From: Candidatus Latescibacterota bacterium
GTDB taxonomy: Bacteria; Latescibacterota; UBA2968; UBA8231
DNA length: 64,000 bases
Direction of reading: 5' to 3'
Assembly: GCA_965197905.1 (NCBI GenBank)
Contig: CBDAOB010000005.1
Location: forward strand, 1,632,001-1,696,000
Shown: positions 20,439 through 29,586 of the stretch, one piece after another
Position numbering within the stretch: position 1 is the first letter of the stretch
How the letters are laid out: each line of letters begins with the position of its first letter
The notes under the pieces: model-generated
The model's database searches: none
What the model was told of the DNA's origin: nothing
The model's input: the letters and a program-made list of their open reading frames with translations, nothing else
Translations under genes and position numbers: made by a program

Positions 20439-22215
20439 AACTTTGTACTGTTACTGACTTCCACGGTGTTTCCCCCTTTGTCCTTGGCTCGATAGAGGGT
20501 CAACACGAGGGACTGGTATATGGCATTCGCCAGGTCGACTACCGAACCACCGGTAGTGCGCTCAATGGTTACAACCGCGATGCTCGACACCAAGGGCAAC
20601 TGGGTCTTGTCGATCTGAACGGTTGCCGCAGCCAAACGTCGACGCATATCGGAAGCCCGCTGCCGTGCGACGTTGTTGGTCATCGACCCGATGAGCACAA
20701 AGTTGGCGCCATCTAGCCGGTAAAGCTGCTCTCCGTCACTCAGGAACTTGCGCAACCCTTTGGCGCTCTCCTGCAACATCCGATCACCCATCAGCCAACC
20801 ATGGCCCTGGTTCACTTTGTCCACCTGATCCAGACCGATTGCAATACAACTCATGGGTCCGGAATCCTTCAGCTGTTTTATCGCCTTTGGAAGAATCAGG
20901 TTGAACAGCATCGTCTTGTTCGGCAATCCGGTTAGCATGTCCCGGCCCGCCAACTGGCGCCACTTCTTGTTGTCCTCCTCGACCGACTCCAGACGCCCTT
21001 TCAAGGAAGTCAGTTCGTCCTTGAGCATGTTGACCTGTCGCGTCGCCTGATCCAGGGAGCCGAAAGCCTCCTCGACCGGCTCCTCCTTAGGGCTTTCGGC
21101 GCCGTTACCCGATGGTTTCGGCACCGCCTTTTTGGGTCGCTCCGCGCCTTTGGGCGCTACCCCCTTGCCATTCTGCTTCTTGGAATTCTTGCCTTCCTTC
21201 GCTGCTGCCGCCTTGGCTTTCTTTACCGGCTCCTCTGTTGTTTGGGCGGCCGCAACTTCGGCCTCCGCCCCCCCCCCCGACTCTTGTGAAGCTCGCGAAG
21301 CTCGCGACCCCGCTCACCGGTCTTGTCGAGCATTTCGCGGGCTCGATTGACCGCCCCGCCGACGATGCTCTTGTCGCTGATAATACCCACGCACCGTTCT
21401 ATCACGCCGCTGAAAAAACTTGAGGCTTTCTTGAAATCCTCCGCGCTGTTGGTCAGTTCGTAGAGCCGAAAACCGATCTCGGCCAGGAGCTGCTGGAGTC
21501 GAAGCTCGTCCTCGGTTTTTGCCTCTTTCAGCGTTTCGAAATTGCGCTCAAAGTACGAGCGGGCATAGCGCAGGGCGTCGGCCTCATCGAGGGTGAGCTT
21601 GGGAACGGCCGGGTAGCCCTTGTTCTCGGGAATGGCTTTCTGCCAACGTTTTTTCACCTTCGCGAATCGCGCCGTCGCCGCTTCGAGATCCGCGCCCGGA
21701 TAGAATTTTTCTAGGTCTCGAAAGAGCCACGCGATTCGCAGGTAATAACGTGCCACATTGCCGTGTATAATCCGCTGGCGCAGACACTGGGAGTAGATCC
21801 CCAGGAAGAACTGGGCCATCACCTTAACCAGTGGATCTGCGTCCTCGGTCAGCAATCCGAGGCTATGCGTGATGCCTTTGCCCGTTGCACTCCAGGTGAG
21901 ATGCTGGCGTAGCGCGTCGGCCGCAAAATCGCTGCGGAAGGCGTCAGGATTCTTTGACGCTTGGCGAAAATCGGCATCATCCAACTCGCCGGTGAAGCGG
22001 CATTTCGGGCAGACTCCAAAGAAGAACTGCTTCGGATCTACGGAATCGAATCCCGCCTTTCCCCACTTGAATTCAGTGGGATGTCCATCGCCCTCCGATT
22101 TTTGGGGGCGGACCATGTCACGCTTAAGACGGTAGAACTCCTTCGTTGTGTCGCACAGCGGACACTGAATGTCATACTTGCGACATATCTGCAGCATTTC
22201 TTGGTCAGAGAGCAT
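20435..22215 (-). CDS. DUF2225-like Zn-ribbon/helical domain fused to a degenerate GGDEF domain; frameshift in a G11 tract
   Basis: CPLC/CPKC and YLRIAWLFR in ORF 21223..22215. The frame of ORF 20435..21124 stays open up to the C11 run at 21268-21278 (AEAEVAAAQTTEEPVKKAK linker). GGDEF fold with DGANF. Confidence 0.75.
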
Positions 22216-22301
22216 CAGTTTATCCCTTACGTACGCGCATCTGAATACAAAGCCCTACGAGAAAATATTATGCGTTTCCAACTTTTTGCACAACAATAAG
22301 T

Positions 22302-22329
22302 AAGAGGGGGCGGTTGCCCGCCCCCTCTT
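22302..22329. terminator. Intrinsic terminator hairpin downstream of the sigma factor and small ORF
   Basis: Perfect 12-bp stem AAGAGGGGGCGG/CCGCCCCCTCTT with a 4-nt loop and T-rich flanks. Confidence 0.75.
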
Positions 22330-22357
22330 TACTTTCCAACGTTGCTGTTGGAGCCGG

Positions 22358-22507
22358 TCAGTCAGCTGCGTTCCCCGCCGCTGTTTGACCCACATCCGCT
22401 TGCACATCCGCCAGGACATCTCGCAATTTCCGGCGGAAGTTCAAGATCCTAGATTCCACTTCTTCTATTGACTGTAGAAGATCTTCTTCCTTTGTGTCGT
22501 TGGCCAT
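22358..22507 (-). CDS. 49-aa small helical hypothetical protein (below ORF-track cutoff)
   Basis: MANDTKEEDLLQSIEEVESRILNFRRKLRDVLADVQADVGQTAAGNAAD; GAGGGG RBS; lies between the sigma gene and the terminator. Confidence 0.6.
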   Translation of the reverse strand: MANDTKEEDLLQSIEEVESRILNFRRKLRDVLADVQADVGQTAAGNAAD

Positions 22508-22564
22508 GAAAACCCCTCAAGGTAAAAAGGGGACGGAGCGTGGGGGGATAGGGTCTGGATCATA

Positions 22565-23425
22565 TTAGGCGTTGCTGTAAGTGCGCAATTGGTCACATCT
22601 ACTTGGATGCCGGAGGCGATGGAGCGCCTTTTCCTTTATTTGACGGACACGCTCGCGAGTAAGCCCAAATCTCGCGCCGATCTGATCGAGTGTCATCGGT
22701 TCCTCGCCGCCAAGTCCGAAATAGAGACGCAGGATCTCTCCTTCTCTTCCGGCGAGACCGCCAAGGGCGGAGTCGATCTGGCCGCGCAAACATCCGCGCA
22801 TCACGTTGTTTTCCGGGGATTCCTGTCTGTCGTCTGGAAGCACATCTAGAAGGCTTTGGTCCTCCTCCTCTTTGAACGCCGCATCGAGCGAACGCACGGA
22901 GCGCCCGCACATCAGAGTTTCTTTGACCTCGTGCACCGGTACATCCAACTGCATGGCGATCTCCTCAGGGTTGGGATCGTCGGCCCGCTCTTGCTGCAAA
23001 GCCCGCGAAGCCTTCGATATCTTGTAGAGGAGACCGATCTTGTTCAGCGGAAGTCGAACTGTGCGCGATTGCTCAGCAAGGGTTTGCAGGATCGCCTGGC
23101 GTATCCACCAAACGGCGTAGGAAATGAACTTGAAACCTTTGTCCTCATCGAAACGCTCGGCCGCGGTTATCAACCCCATGTTGCCGGCACTGATCAGATC
23201 GGCAAGCGGCACACCCCGATTCTGATATTCCTTGGCGACGCTTACCACGAAACGGAGATTCGCCTCCACCAGCTGATTGCGGGCCTCCTCGTCCCCCTGT
23301 TTTATTTCTTTGGCCAGTTGCACCTCTTCCACAGCAGACAGTGGGCTCGAACTGGCGATTTCAGCCAGGTAGCTGCCAAGAGAATCATCCATGTCCCAAA
23401 ACGAGGCTTTTGTCATTTCCGGCAT
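22565..23425 (-). CDS. RNA polymerase sigma-70 factor, RpoD/SigA-like, lacking region 1.1
   Basis: ANLRFVVSVAKEY, FKFISYAVWWIRQAI, RTVRLP, LTRERVRQI. Confidence 0.95.
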   Translation of the reverse strand: MPEMTKASFWDMDDSLGSYLAEIASSSPLSAVEEVQLAKEIKQGDEEARNQLVEANLRFVVSVAKEYQNRGVPLADLISAGNMGLITAAERFDEDKGFKFISYAVWWIRQAILQTLAEQSRTVRLPLNKIGLLYKISKASRALQQERADDPNPEEIAMQLDVPVHEVKETLMCGRSVRSLDAAFKEEEDQSLLDVLPDDRQESPENNVMRGCLRGQIDSALGGLAGREGEILRLYFGLGGEEPMTLDQIGARFGLTRERVRQIKEKALHRLRHPSRCDQLRTYSNA

Positions 23426-23539
23426 CGGAAATTCCTTCGCGTGTGGGGTTCTAAGGAAAACAGATTCAACTGGTTAAGCAAGTATTAAAAGTATGCCGGA
23501 CCGTCTGTGCCTGTCAAGCGGATTTTGTTTTAGAGGCGC

Positions 23540-24268
23540 CTAGGCGTCGCCATTCAGGGCCGCTTTCTGTACCGCGATGAGCTGTTCGATTCCCTGTGCC
23601 GCCAGGTCCAACAGGGCGTCCGACTGTTTGCGGCTGAAGGGCCGATCCTCCGCCGTGCCCTGGATTTCGACGAACCCGCCACCCGCCGTCATGACAACGT
23701 TCATGTCGGTTTCCGCCCGTGCATCCTCGGCGTAACAAAGGTCGAGTAGGGCCTCGCCGTCGACGATCCCGACGCTCACCGCCGCAGCCGCTTCGAGCAC
23801 CGGATTTTCACCTAATATTCTATCTCTCAAGAGGTTCCTAACCGCTTCTGAGAGAGCAATATAACCTCCTGTAATACTGGCGGTCCGCGTACCGCCGTCA
23901 GCCTGAATAACATCGCAGTCGACGTGGATGGTACGCTCGCCGATCATTTTCAGGTCGACGATGGAGCGCAGCGATCGCCCGATAAGACGCTGAATCTCTC
24001 GGTTGCGGCTATTCACCCGGCCAGTACTCGACTCGCGGGCAACCCGCTGTGACGAGGATCCAGGAAGCATGCTGTATTCGGCCGTAAGCCAACCCTTGCC
24101 CGAGCCGACCAGAAACGGCGGAACCCGATCTTCGATCACAGCAGTGCACAGTACTCTAGTATCTCCCATCGATATCAGCACCGAGCCGGGGGCGGTTTTC
24201 AGGTAGCCCAAGGCGAAGTCGACGGGTCGCAGCTCGTCGGCCCGGCGATTGTCTACTCGGTGACCCAT
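23540..24268 (-). CDS. rph: Ribonuclease PH
   Basis: GWLTAEYSMLP, EIQRLIGRSLR, DCDVIQADGGTRTASITG. Confidence 0.97.
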   Translation of the reverse strand: MGHRVDNRRADELRPVDFALGYLKTAPGSVLISMGDTRVLCTAVIEDRVPPFLVGSGKGWLTAEYSMLPGSSSQRVARESSTGRVNSRNREIQRLIGRSLRSIVDLKMIGERTIHVDCDVIQADGGTRTASITGGYIALSEAVRNLLRDRILGENPVLEAAAAVSVGIVDGEALLDLCYAEDARAETDMNVVMTAGGGFVEIQGTAEDRPFSRKQSDALLDLAAQGIEQLIAVQKAALNGDA

Positions 24269-25137
24269 CAGTCCGATCTCAGGAACTGGCGGTAATCCGT
24301 GCCGATCATGTCCACCGTATAACACATCTCGGTAAGTCTCGAGAATATGCGGCCGCCGGAGAGCTCGCGTATTTCGTCTAGCGACTGGTTCGTGGTTATC
24401 ATGGTGAAACGCTGCTCGCCATATCGCGCATCGACGAGGTCGTATAACATCTCAGTCTCCCAGTCGGTGCCTCGTTGAACGCCGAAATCATCCAGCACCA
24501 GATAAGGGATCTGGCAGAGCGCATCAACGATCTGCCAGGTCTGACCGTAATGTTCGCTGTCGTGAGAGTAGGTATCGCGCAATTTCTGGAAGTACTTCCG
24601 CGACAGATTCAGAAAACGACCGGCGCGGGCGCGATGCAGAATGAGCTCGTTGAGGATGATGCTTCCTAGAAGGGTCTTCCCAGTGCCCGGGCTTCCGTAT
24701 AGCAGGAATCCCCGCTGGGGTTCCTCGTCGCTGCCAACCACCCACGATACAAGATCCAGCGCTTTTTTGGCTTTCTGTTCCACCGGTATCGGCGTCTGAC
24801 CATCGGGGGCGAAAGCGGAGAAGTCTCGACGGAATTTCCAACGAAAACGCTCGGGAATCTCCGCTTGTTTGAAAAGCTGGCTGACATGTGTGAGCCTGCG
24901 CCGGTATTGCCGACACGGGCATGGCCGGTTCTGCCCTTCTTCGTCCCAGTACCGGAAGGGCGGTGTTCGATCACAGCGACAGGAGTCCAGAATACAGCGG
25001 CACAGCTCCAGAGTTCCGTAGCGACCCACTTCTATATCGGCCTCGTAGCGAATGCCGGCACCACCGCAGACTTCACATGGGGCCCTAGAGGCTGTCGGCG
25101 CTGCGGTTTCGCCTTCTTCGCTGCTGGCAAGACTCAT
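24268..25137 (-). CDS. DnaC/IstB-like AAA+ ATPase with Cys-rich N-terminus
   Basis: CEVC, CRC, CPC; IPERF; GSPGTGKT; LVLDDFG; ITTN; RIFSRL. Confidence 0.87.
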   Translation of the reverse strand: MSLASSEEGETAAPTASRAPCEVCGGAGIRYEADIEVGRYGTLELCRCILDSCRCDRTPPFRYWDEEGQNRPCPCRQYRRRLTHVSQLFKQAEIPERFRWKFRRDFSAFAPDGQTPIPVEQKAKKALDLVSWVVGSDEEPQRGFLLYGSPGTGKTLLGSIILNELILHRARAGRFLNLSRKYFQKLRDTYSHDSEHYGQTWQIVDALCQIPYLVLDDFGVQRGTDWETEMLYDLVDARYGEQRFTMITTNQSLDEIRELSGGRIFSRLTEMCYTVDMIGTDYRQFLRSD

Positions 25138-25601
25138 TGTCGCTCCTTGAATTCCCTCTCTAGGTCGCGCTGTGCGTCGCGGCTGGCTATATCCCTCCGC
25201 TTGTCATACTGACGTTTTCCCCGCGCCAGAGCCAGCTCGACCTTAGCGCGCCCCCTCTTGAAATAGATCTTCAACGGGACGAGGGTAAGACCTCGTTGCT
25301 GGCTGCGTCCCAGCAAGCGTCGTATCTCGCCACGATGCATTAGGAGTTTCCTTCGCCGTTCCGGCTCGTGGTTGAATCTGTTGGCGGGCTCGTACGCGCC
25401 GATGTGGAGGTTGTAGAGAAACAACTCCCCCTGGTCCACGGCGGCAAAGGAGTCTTTCATGTTGGCTTTGCCCGCCCTCAAGGCTTTGACCTCGGTCCCC
25501 ACCAAAACAATGCCAGTTTCGTAGGAATCGAGGATTTCATAGTCGTGTCGAGCCTTGCGGTTCTGAGCGACCAGTTTGGTCCCGTTTGCCGTACTGTTCA
25601 A
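25134..25601 (-). CDS. smpB: SsrA-binding protein
   Basis: NRKARHDY, LVGTEVKALR, RRKLLMH, GKRQYDKR. Confidence 0.97.
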   Translation of the reverse strand: MNSTANGTKLVAQNRKARHDYEILDSYETGIVLVGTEVKALRAGKANMKDSFAAVDQGELFLYNLHIGAYEPANRFNHEPERRRKLLMHRGEIRRLLGRSQQRGLTLVPLKIYFKRGRAKVELALARGKRQYDKRRDIASRDAQRDLEREFKERQ

Positions 25602-25654
25602 GCCGGTCCTACCTCTTGACGATGCATGTCCCTGGAAATACTTTTCGAGGTGCT

Positions 25655-25742
25655 GCCGAAGTGGCGAAATTGGTAGACGCGCTGCGTTCAGGGCGCAGTG
25701 GGGTTTATCCCCGTGGAGGTTCGAGTCCTCTCTTCGGCACCA
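25655..25742 (+). tRNA. tRNA-Leu(CAG)
   Basis: GCCGAAG/CTTCGGC acceptor stem, anticodon arm CTGCG-TTCAGGG-CGCAG, long variable arm, GTTCGA T-loop, encoded CCA. Confidence 0.96.
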
Positions 25743-25774
25743 CTTCTATCTCGAAAGAAATTAGGCGGTTATCG

Positions 25775-25807
25775 AGAGCCGGGCAACTGACGTGCCGGGC
25801 TCTTTTT
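25775..25807 (+). terminator. Terminator after tRNA-Leu
   Basis: AGAGCCGGGCA...TGCCGGGCTCT stem (one mismatch) followed by a T-tract. Confidence 0.65.
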
Positions 25808-25903
25808 GCGTTTGATGGCCAGACCCAACATTGTTCCCAAGCCCGGCATTTCGCAGGAAAGGAATGTTGGTATCTGGCGGAAGAAGTTGTAAGAAAACGA
25901 TGC

Positions 25904-27781
25904 CTACGCGGCTCTCCAGACGCCATCCTTGCCCTTTTCGACGATCCGCTTCGCCCCGCGTTTCATCTGTGGCACAAGCTCTCCGGTATCTGGATCGCGC
26001 TGGCAGACCACGTGCCGGGTAGGATCCTCTTGATCGGGCATGATCTTGTACGGGATGCGCCGCTGATTGCCCGCCACCCGCATCTCTACGCGTCCGATAA
26101 CCACCCCCAGTTGTTTTTCATCCTCGCTGAGCTCGAGATCATCCTCCGCGGCGGTGCCGGATGAGGCAGGCTTAGACTTCTCGGCTTCTTCGGCTTTCTT
26201 CCGCTGCTCTTCTACAGCCTCCTGGCGCTCATTGAGAATCTTCTGCTCAATCTCATCGATCATCTGGGCACCGCGCAGCTTGATTTCGGCCCCTTCGTCG
26301 GTAGACATATCGGGAAACAGCCGCCGCACGCGAACATTGAGAAAATTCTCGGCTTGATGTCTTGCCTCTTTGAGATCGGATGTCGAGCGGAAGAATTCTT
26401 CCAGGCTGTGAGCTATACGGAGCATGCGAAGCTCTTTGCGAAACCACGTTCGTTTGGTCACGTGATCGATCAGATTGATCAGACAAACCGTGTCTGCCGC
26501 GGGCCGCACCCTGACCACCGCATCGGCGGAGTTGAGCCGATCGGAGATGTCGTCCAGGGTAGACATGCGGAGATCGGAGAAAAAGTCCTCCTCGATGGTC
26601 AAATTGGAGATCCGCTCCATGCCTCGCCCCGCCACACTGTTGTACGGTGGCAACCGAACCGACACCATGCGCAGCTCGTGGTCCTTCCGCTCCATAACAT
26701 CGATCAAACCCTCAAGAAGAGCAGAGTCATCCATCAACTCTTGCAGCGTGGGGACGGGGTTGACGCCGGCTCCATCGTTCGACACAACCACCTGCTTGTG
26801 ACGAATCAGAAACTTCAGTGCCGGATCTGCCTGTTCGCCTATCCTGCGCATCGCTTCGAACACCTCCAGGTACCTTACCGAGTGTTCTACGACGGCCTTC
26901 ACTTTTTTGTCCAGTTCGTCCCGGGACGCGCCCGCCAACAAACTGTTGCGAATCCGACTTGCCTCGGTCTCGTCGATCTCGCCTTTTTTTAATCGACGTT
27001 CGACGTCGCTCAAGCCTTTTACCTTCTCGGCTTCCTCCTCGGTCAGGTCTCCGCGTTCAACATATGAAGCGACGTTCTGCGGCACCTTTTCCGTTTCCTG
27101 CTTTACCAGCTCGGATCTGCGCTTTTGCTGTTGTTTGGCACGTTGCTGCGCCTCCTGCTGACTCACTTCCCCCGAGGCGACTGCTTCCTCGACGGCAGAA
27201 TCCGCCTCCCCTGACCCGGGAGAAGTGTCCGCAACATCTGGACCCATAATCCCCCTGAGCTGAGCCTTGAAAGCTTCGAGCTGGGCATCTGTTGCAGCCT
27301 GGGCCGGCGCCGAGTCCTGATTCCCCTCAAGCTTCACCAATACATCTTTCACGCAGTTGTAGAAATCGATTTTCCTGGGATCGATATTCGCGTCCGCCAG
27401 CAAGTCGAGAATCCCTTCAAGCTTGCTGAATCTGCGGACGGTGTTGGCACCCTGCGACTGAATCTTGGTGACATCCCATTTAAGTTTCCGCACACCCTCA
27501 TCGAAAGCGCGGCTGACCGCGTTCCGAACGCCCCTGGCGACATACGTCTCCAGATGCCTTTTGTTCACTTCGGTGACCATATGGCGAATCTTCGTCTTCG
27601 CGGAAGCCGAGGCCTCAACTCCGGTAAGCTCCTCGAAATCAGACTCGAGAGCGTCTTGAAAGTGCTGGTTCACGATCAACACCTCACCCTTCTCCAATCG
27701 CGAAAGCACTCGAGTCCAGAGCGCGGTACACAATTCCTTCGGCAAGTTGCCCTCAGGTTTTTGTTGATCGATTGAGCTCAA
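25904..27781 (-). CDS. Hypothetical ~625-aa protein, paralog A of 34872..36782
   Basis: Long ORF, colinear along its full length with the 34872..36782 protein; start placed by alignment. Confidence 0.85.
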   Translation of the reverse strand: MSSIDQQKPEGNLPKELCTALWTRVLSRLEKGEVLIVNQHFQDALESDFEELTGVEASASAKTKIRHMVTEVNKRHLETYVARGVRNAVSRAFDEGVRKLKWDVTKIQSQGANTVRRFSKLEGILDLLADANIDPRKIDFYNCVKDVLVKLEGNQDSAPAQAATDAQLEAFKAQLRGIMGPDVADTSPGSGEADSAVEEAVASGEVSQQEAQQRAKQQQKRRSELVKQETEKVPQNVASYVERGDLTEEEAEKVKGLSDVERRLKKGEIDETEASRIRNSLLAGASRDELDKKVKAVVEHSVRYLEVFEAMRRIGEQADPALKFLIRHKQVVVSNDGAGVNPVPTLQELMDDSALLEGLIDVMERKDHELRMVSVRLPPYNSVAGRGMERISNLTIEEDFFSDLRMSTLDDISDRLNSADAVVRVRPAADTVCLINLIDHVTKRTWFRKELRMLRIAHSLEEFFRSTSDLKEARHQAENFLNVRVRRLFPDMSTDEGAEIKLRGAQMIDEIEQKILNERQEAVEEQRKKAEEAEKSKPASSGTAAEDDLELSEDEKQLGVVIGRVEMRVAGNQRRIPYKIMPDQEDPTRHVVCQRDPDTGELVPQMKRGAKRIVEKGKDGVWRAA

Positions 27782-28015
27782 CTCGCCTCTTAAAGCCCAG
27801 CACCCCACCCTCGGGCGCTGCGGCTGGAATCGTCCGACAAGACATAACAGGTAATATATTATGGATCTTGCATGCTCGAAAGTCAAGCAGAACTAGGCTG
27901 TTTGGCTGCTCCAAGCGGTCAATTTCGCTGATGAGCCGAGATCTACTTACCGGCGCTAGTCGATTGCGTACTATCGAGGAACCACGGAGTGTACACACCG
28001 AAAAAGGGGGCAATT

Positions 28016-28396
28016 ATGACTATCTTTCTTCACACCCGGATCAGGGTGAGCGATTTGGACCGGTCGATCGACTGGTACACCGAACATTTGGGATTTCAGC
28101 TGCAGCGAAGATCCGATAAGTCGCCTGCCGGAAATCACATTGCCATGCTGCAGCTTCCGGATAACGACCACCTCCTGGAGCTCACCTGGTCCGCTGATTA
28201 CCAGTTGGAGGTGCCCGAGGACTTGATGCACCTGGCGATAGGCGTCGAGGATCTGCTAGGTTGCTGCGCGCGCTTGGAAGGGGCGGGCATCGAAATCTGG
28301 CCCGACGGGTGGAGGCAGAAACTGGTTGACAGCAAAATGGCGTTTATCGACGACCCGGATGGTTACGAGATCGAGCTACTCGAGCGATCCGTCTGA
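28016..28396 (+). CDS. VOC/glyoxalase (lactoylglutathione lyase-like) protein
   Basis: FLHTRIRVSDL, LELT, HLAIGV, FIDDPDGYEIELL. Confidence 0.92.
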   Translation: MTIFLHTRIRVSDLDRSIDWYTEHLGFQLQRRSDKSPAGNHIAMLQLPDNDHLLELTWSADYQLEVPEDLMHLAIGVEDLLGCCARLEGAGIEIWPDGWRQKLVDSKMAFIDDPDGYEIELLERSV

Positions 28397-28573
28397 TAGT
28401 GTTGTTTCCCATCCTACCCCTACCTGCTTATTTTTCAATCACTTAACGACGTCATCCTGGTCACCGCAAGAAATTGCTATCAATTCCTGTAGATTTCGAT
28501 GGCGTCGCCGATATAATTAGTATCACATAGTATCATGAATGCGCCTACAATTTAGACAAGGAGGTCTTTATTT

Positions 28574-28828
28574 ATGGCAGCAAGAAAGCCAAAGCTCATC
28601 GGTATTGAGGAAGCCGCCCACTTGTTCGGCAAGTCGATTCACCAGATGCGTCAATATAAGTCTAAGGGACTTTTGAAGGTCGCGGATTGCGTCGGCAACA
28701 AAGATCTGTTCGATATGGCGGAAGTCATTCTGTTGAAAAACCTGATTCACGAGTTGCGGGTAACGGAAGGGCTATCACTCGCCCAGATTTCCCGCAGACT
28801 CGACCAGATGATGGGACGTGCGGCATAA
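28574..28828 (+). CDS. MerR-like helix-turn-helix protein
   Basis: IGIEEAAHLFGKSIHQMRQYKSKGLL...GLSLAQI pattern; AGGAGG RBS. Confidence 0.8.
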   Translation: MAARKPKLIGIEEAAHLFGKSIHQMRQYKSKGLLKVADCVGNKDLFDMAEVILLKNLIHELRVTEGLSLAQISRRLDQMMGRAA

Positions 28829-28971
28829 CGGCAACGAAGTTGAATTAGCAGGGCGGGCAGGCTTTTCCAGAAGAGGGTGCGAGAAGGTATCCCTACTCGC
28901 GGTACAGGGAAGTACGACCTTTTCCAGGGAGAAGTCCGCCGCCCTGTCTATTTCGTTTCAATCCCTCAAAC

Positions 28972-29330
28972 TCACTTGCTCCCCTTCGTGCGATCGCACG
29001 CTTCATTGATTATTCCGAGAATCGCCTCCAGGACCGCTCCTACCCAGGCCGGCAACTGCTCGACTCGATCGGGATGAAAGACAGCCGCAAACCTGCGTCG
29101 CACCTGGCTGAGTTCCTGCTCACTCACGGGGCCATCGATGCCGAGGATCTGACCGGGCGTATAGTTGCGAATAGCCCCCAGATCGAAACTCTGTGTAGTG
29201 CTTGCCGAGCGTTCCGCGGCAGTAGCTCTCGCCGCCATGCTGCGCAAGCGCTGATCTAATTTCAGATACTCGCTTTTCAGGCGTTCGAAATCTCTTCCCC
29301 CCTCAGTAGTCTGGCGCTCCAATTTTATCC
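28972..29330 (-). pseudogene. 3' half of an IS-interrupted coiled-coil/J-domain gene
   Basis: ILGI...ELSQVRRRFAAVFHPDRV...INEACD J-domain pattern; begins directly at the left IS end. Confidence 0.75.
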
Positions 29331-29359
29331 CGCAATTAGCATTTTTGGCCTTGACAATC
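29331..29359 (+). repeat. Left terminal inverted repeat
   Basis: CGCAATTAGCATTTTTGGCCTTGACAATC, exact reverse complement of 32725-32753. Confidence 0.93.
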
Positions 29360-29388
29360 CCGCATTTGCTACCCTACCTTTGCCCTAT

Positions 29389-29524
29389 TCTACAATCACG
29401 CGGTGGACTCTTTTTAGTCGGGTTCTCCGCTGAATACAACAGCCCTGCAAGACGGGCCAGGGTAGCTCCTTGGCCCGAGGGTGAATAGGTGGAAACTTCC
29501 CGCATTTCATTGCGTGATTGTAGA
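29389..29524 (+). ncRNA. Putative rod-shaped structured RNA or 5' leader inside the IS
   Basis: 19-bp closing helix (29389-29407 with 29506-29524), nested helices, 10-bp apical stem; lies downstream of TTGACA-N18-TACCTT. Confidence 0.4.
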
Positions 29525-29586
29525 GACGGCCCGGCATTTTTTGCCGGGGGCAATCTCTCACTCCATCCAAAGGACGGTGTGCAATC

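Noticed and set aside
25134..25900. tmRNA or an integrated element at smpB/tRNA-Leu
   Set aside because: The RNA next to smpB is an ordinary tRNA-Leu; I saw no integrase and no duplicate of the tRNA 3' end by eye.
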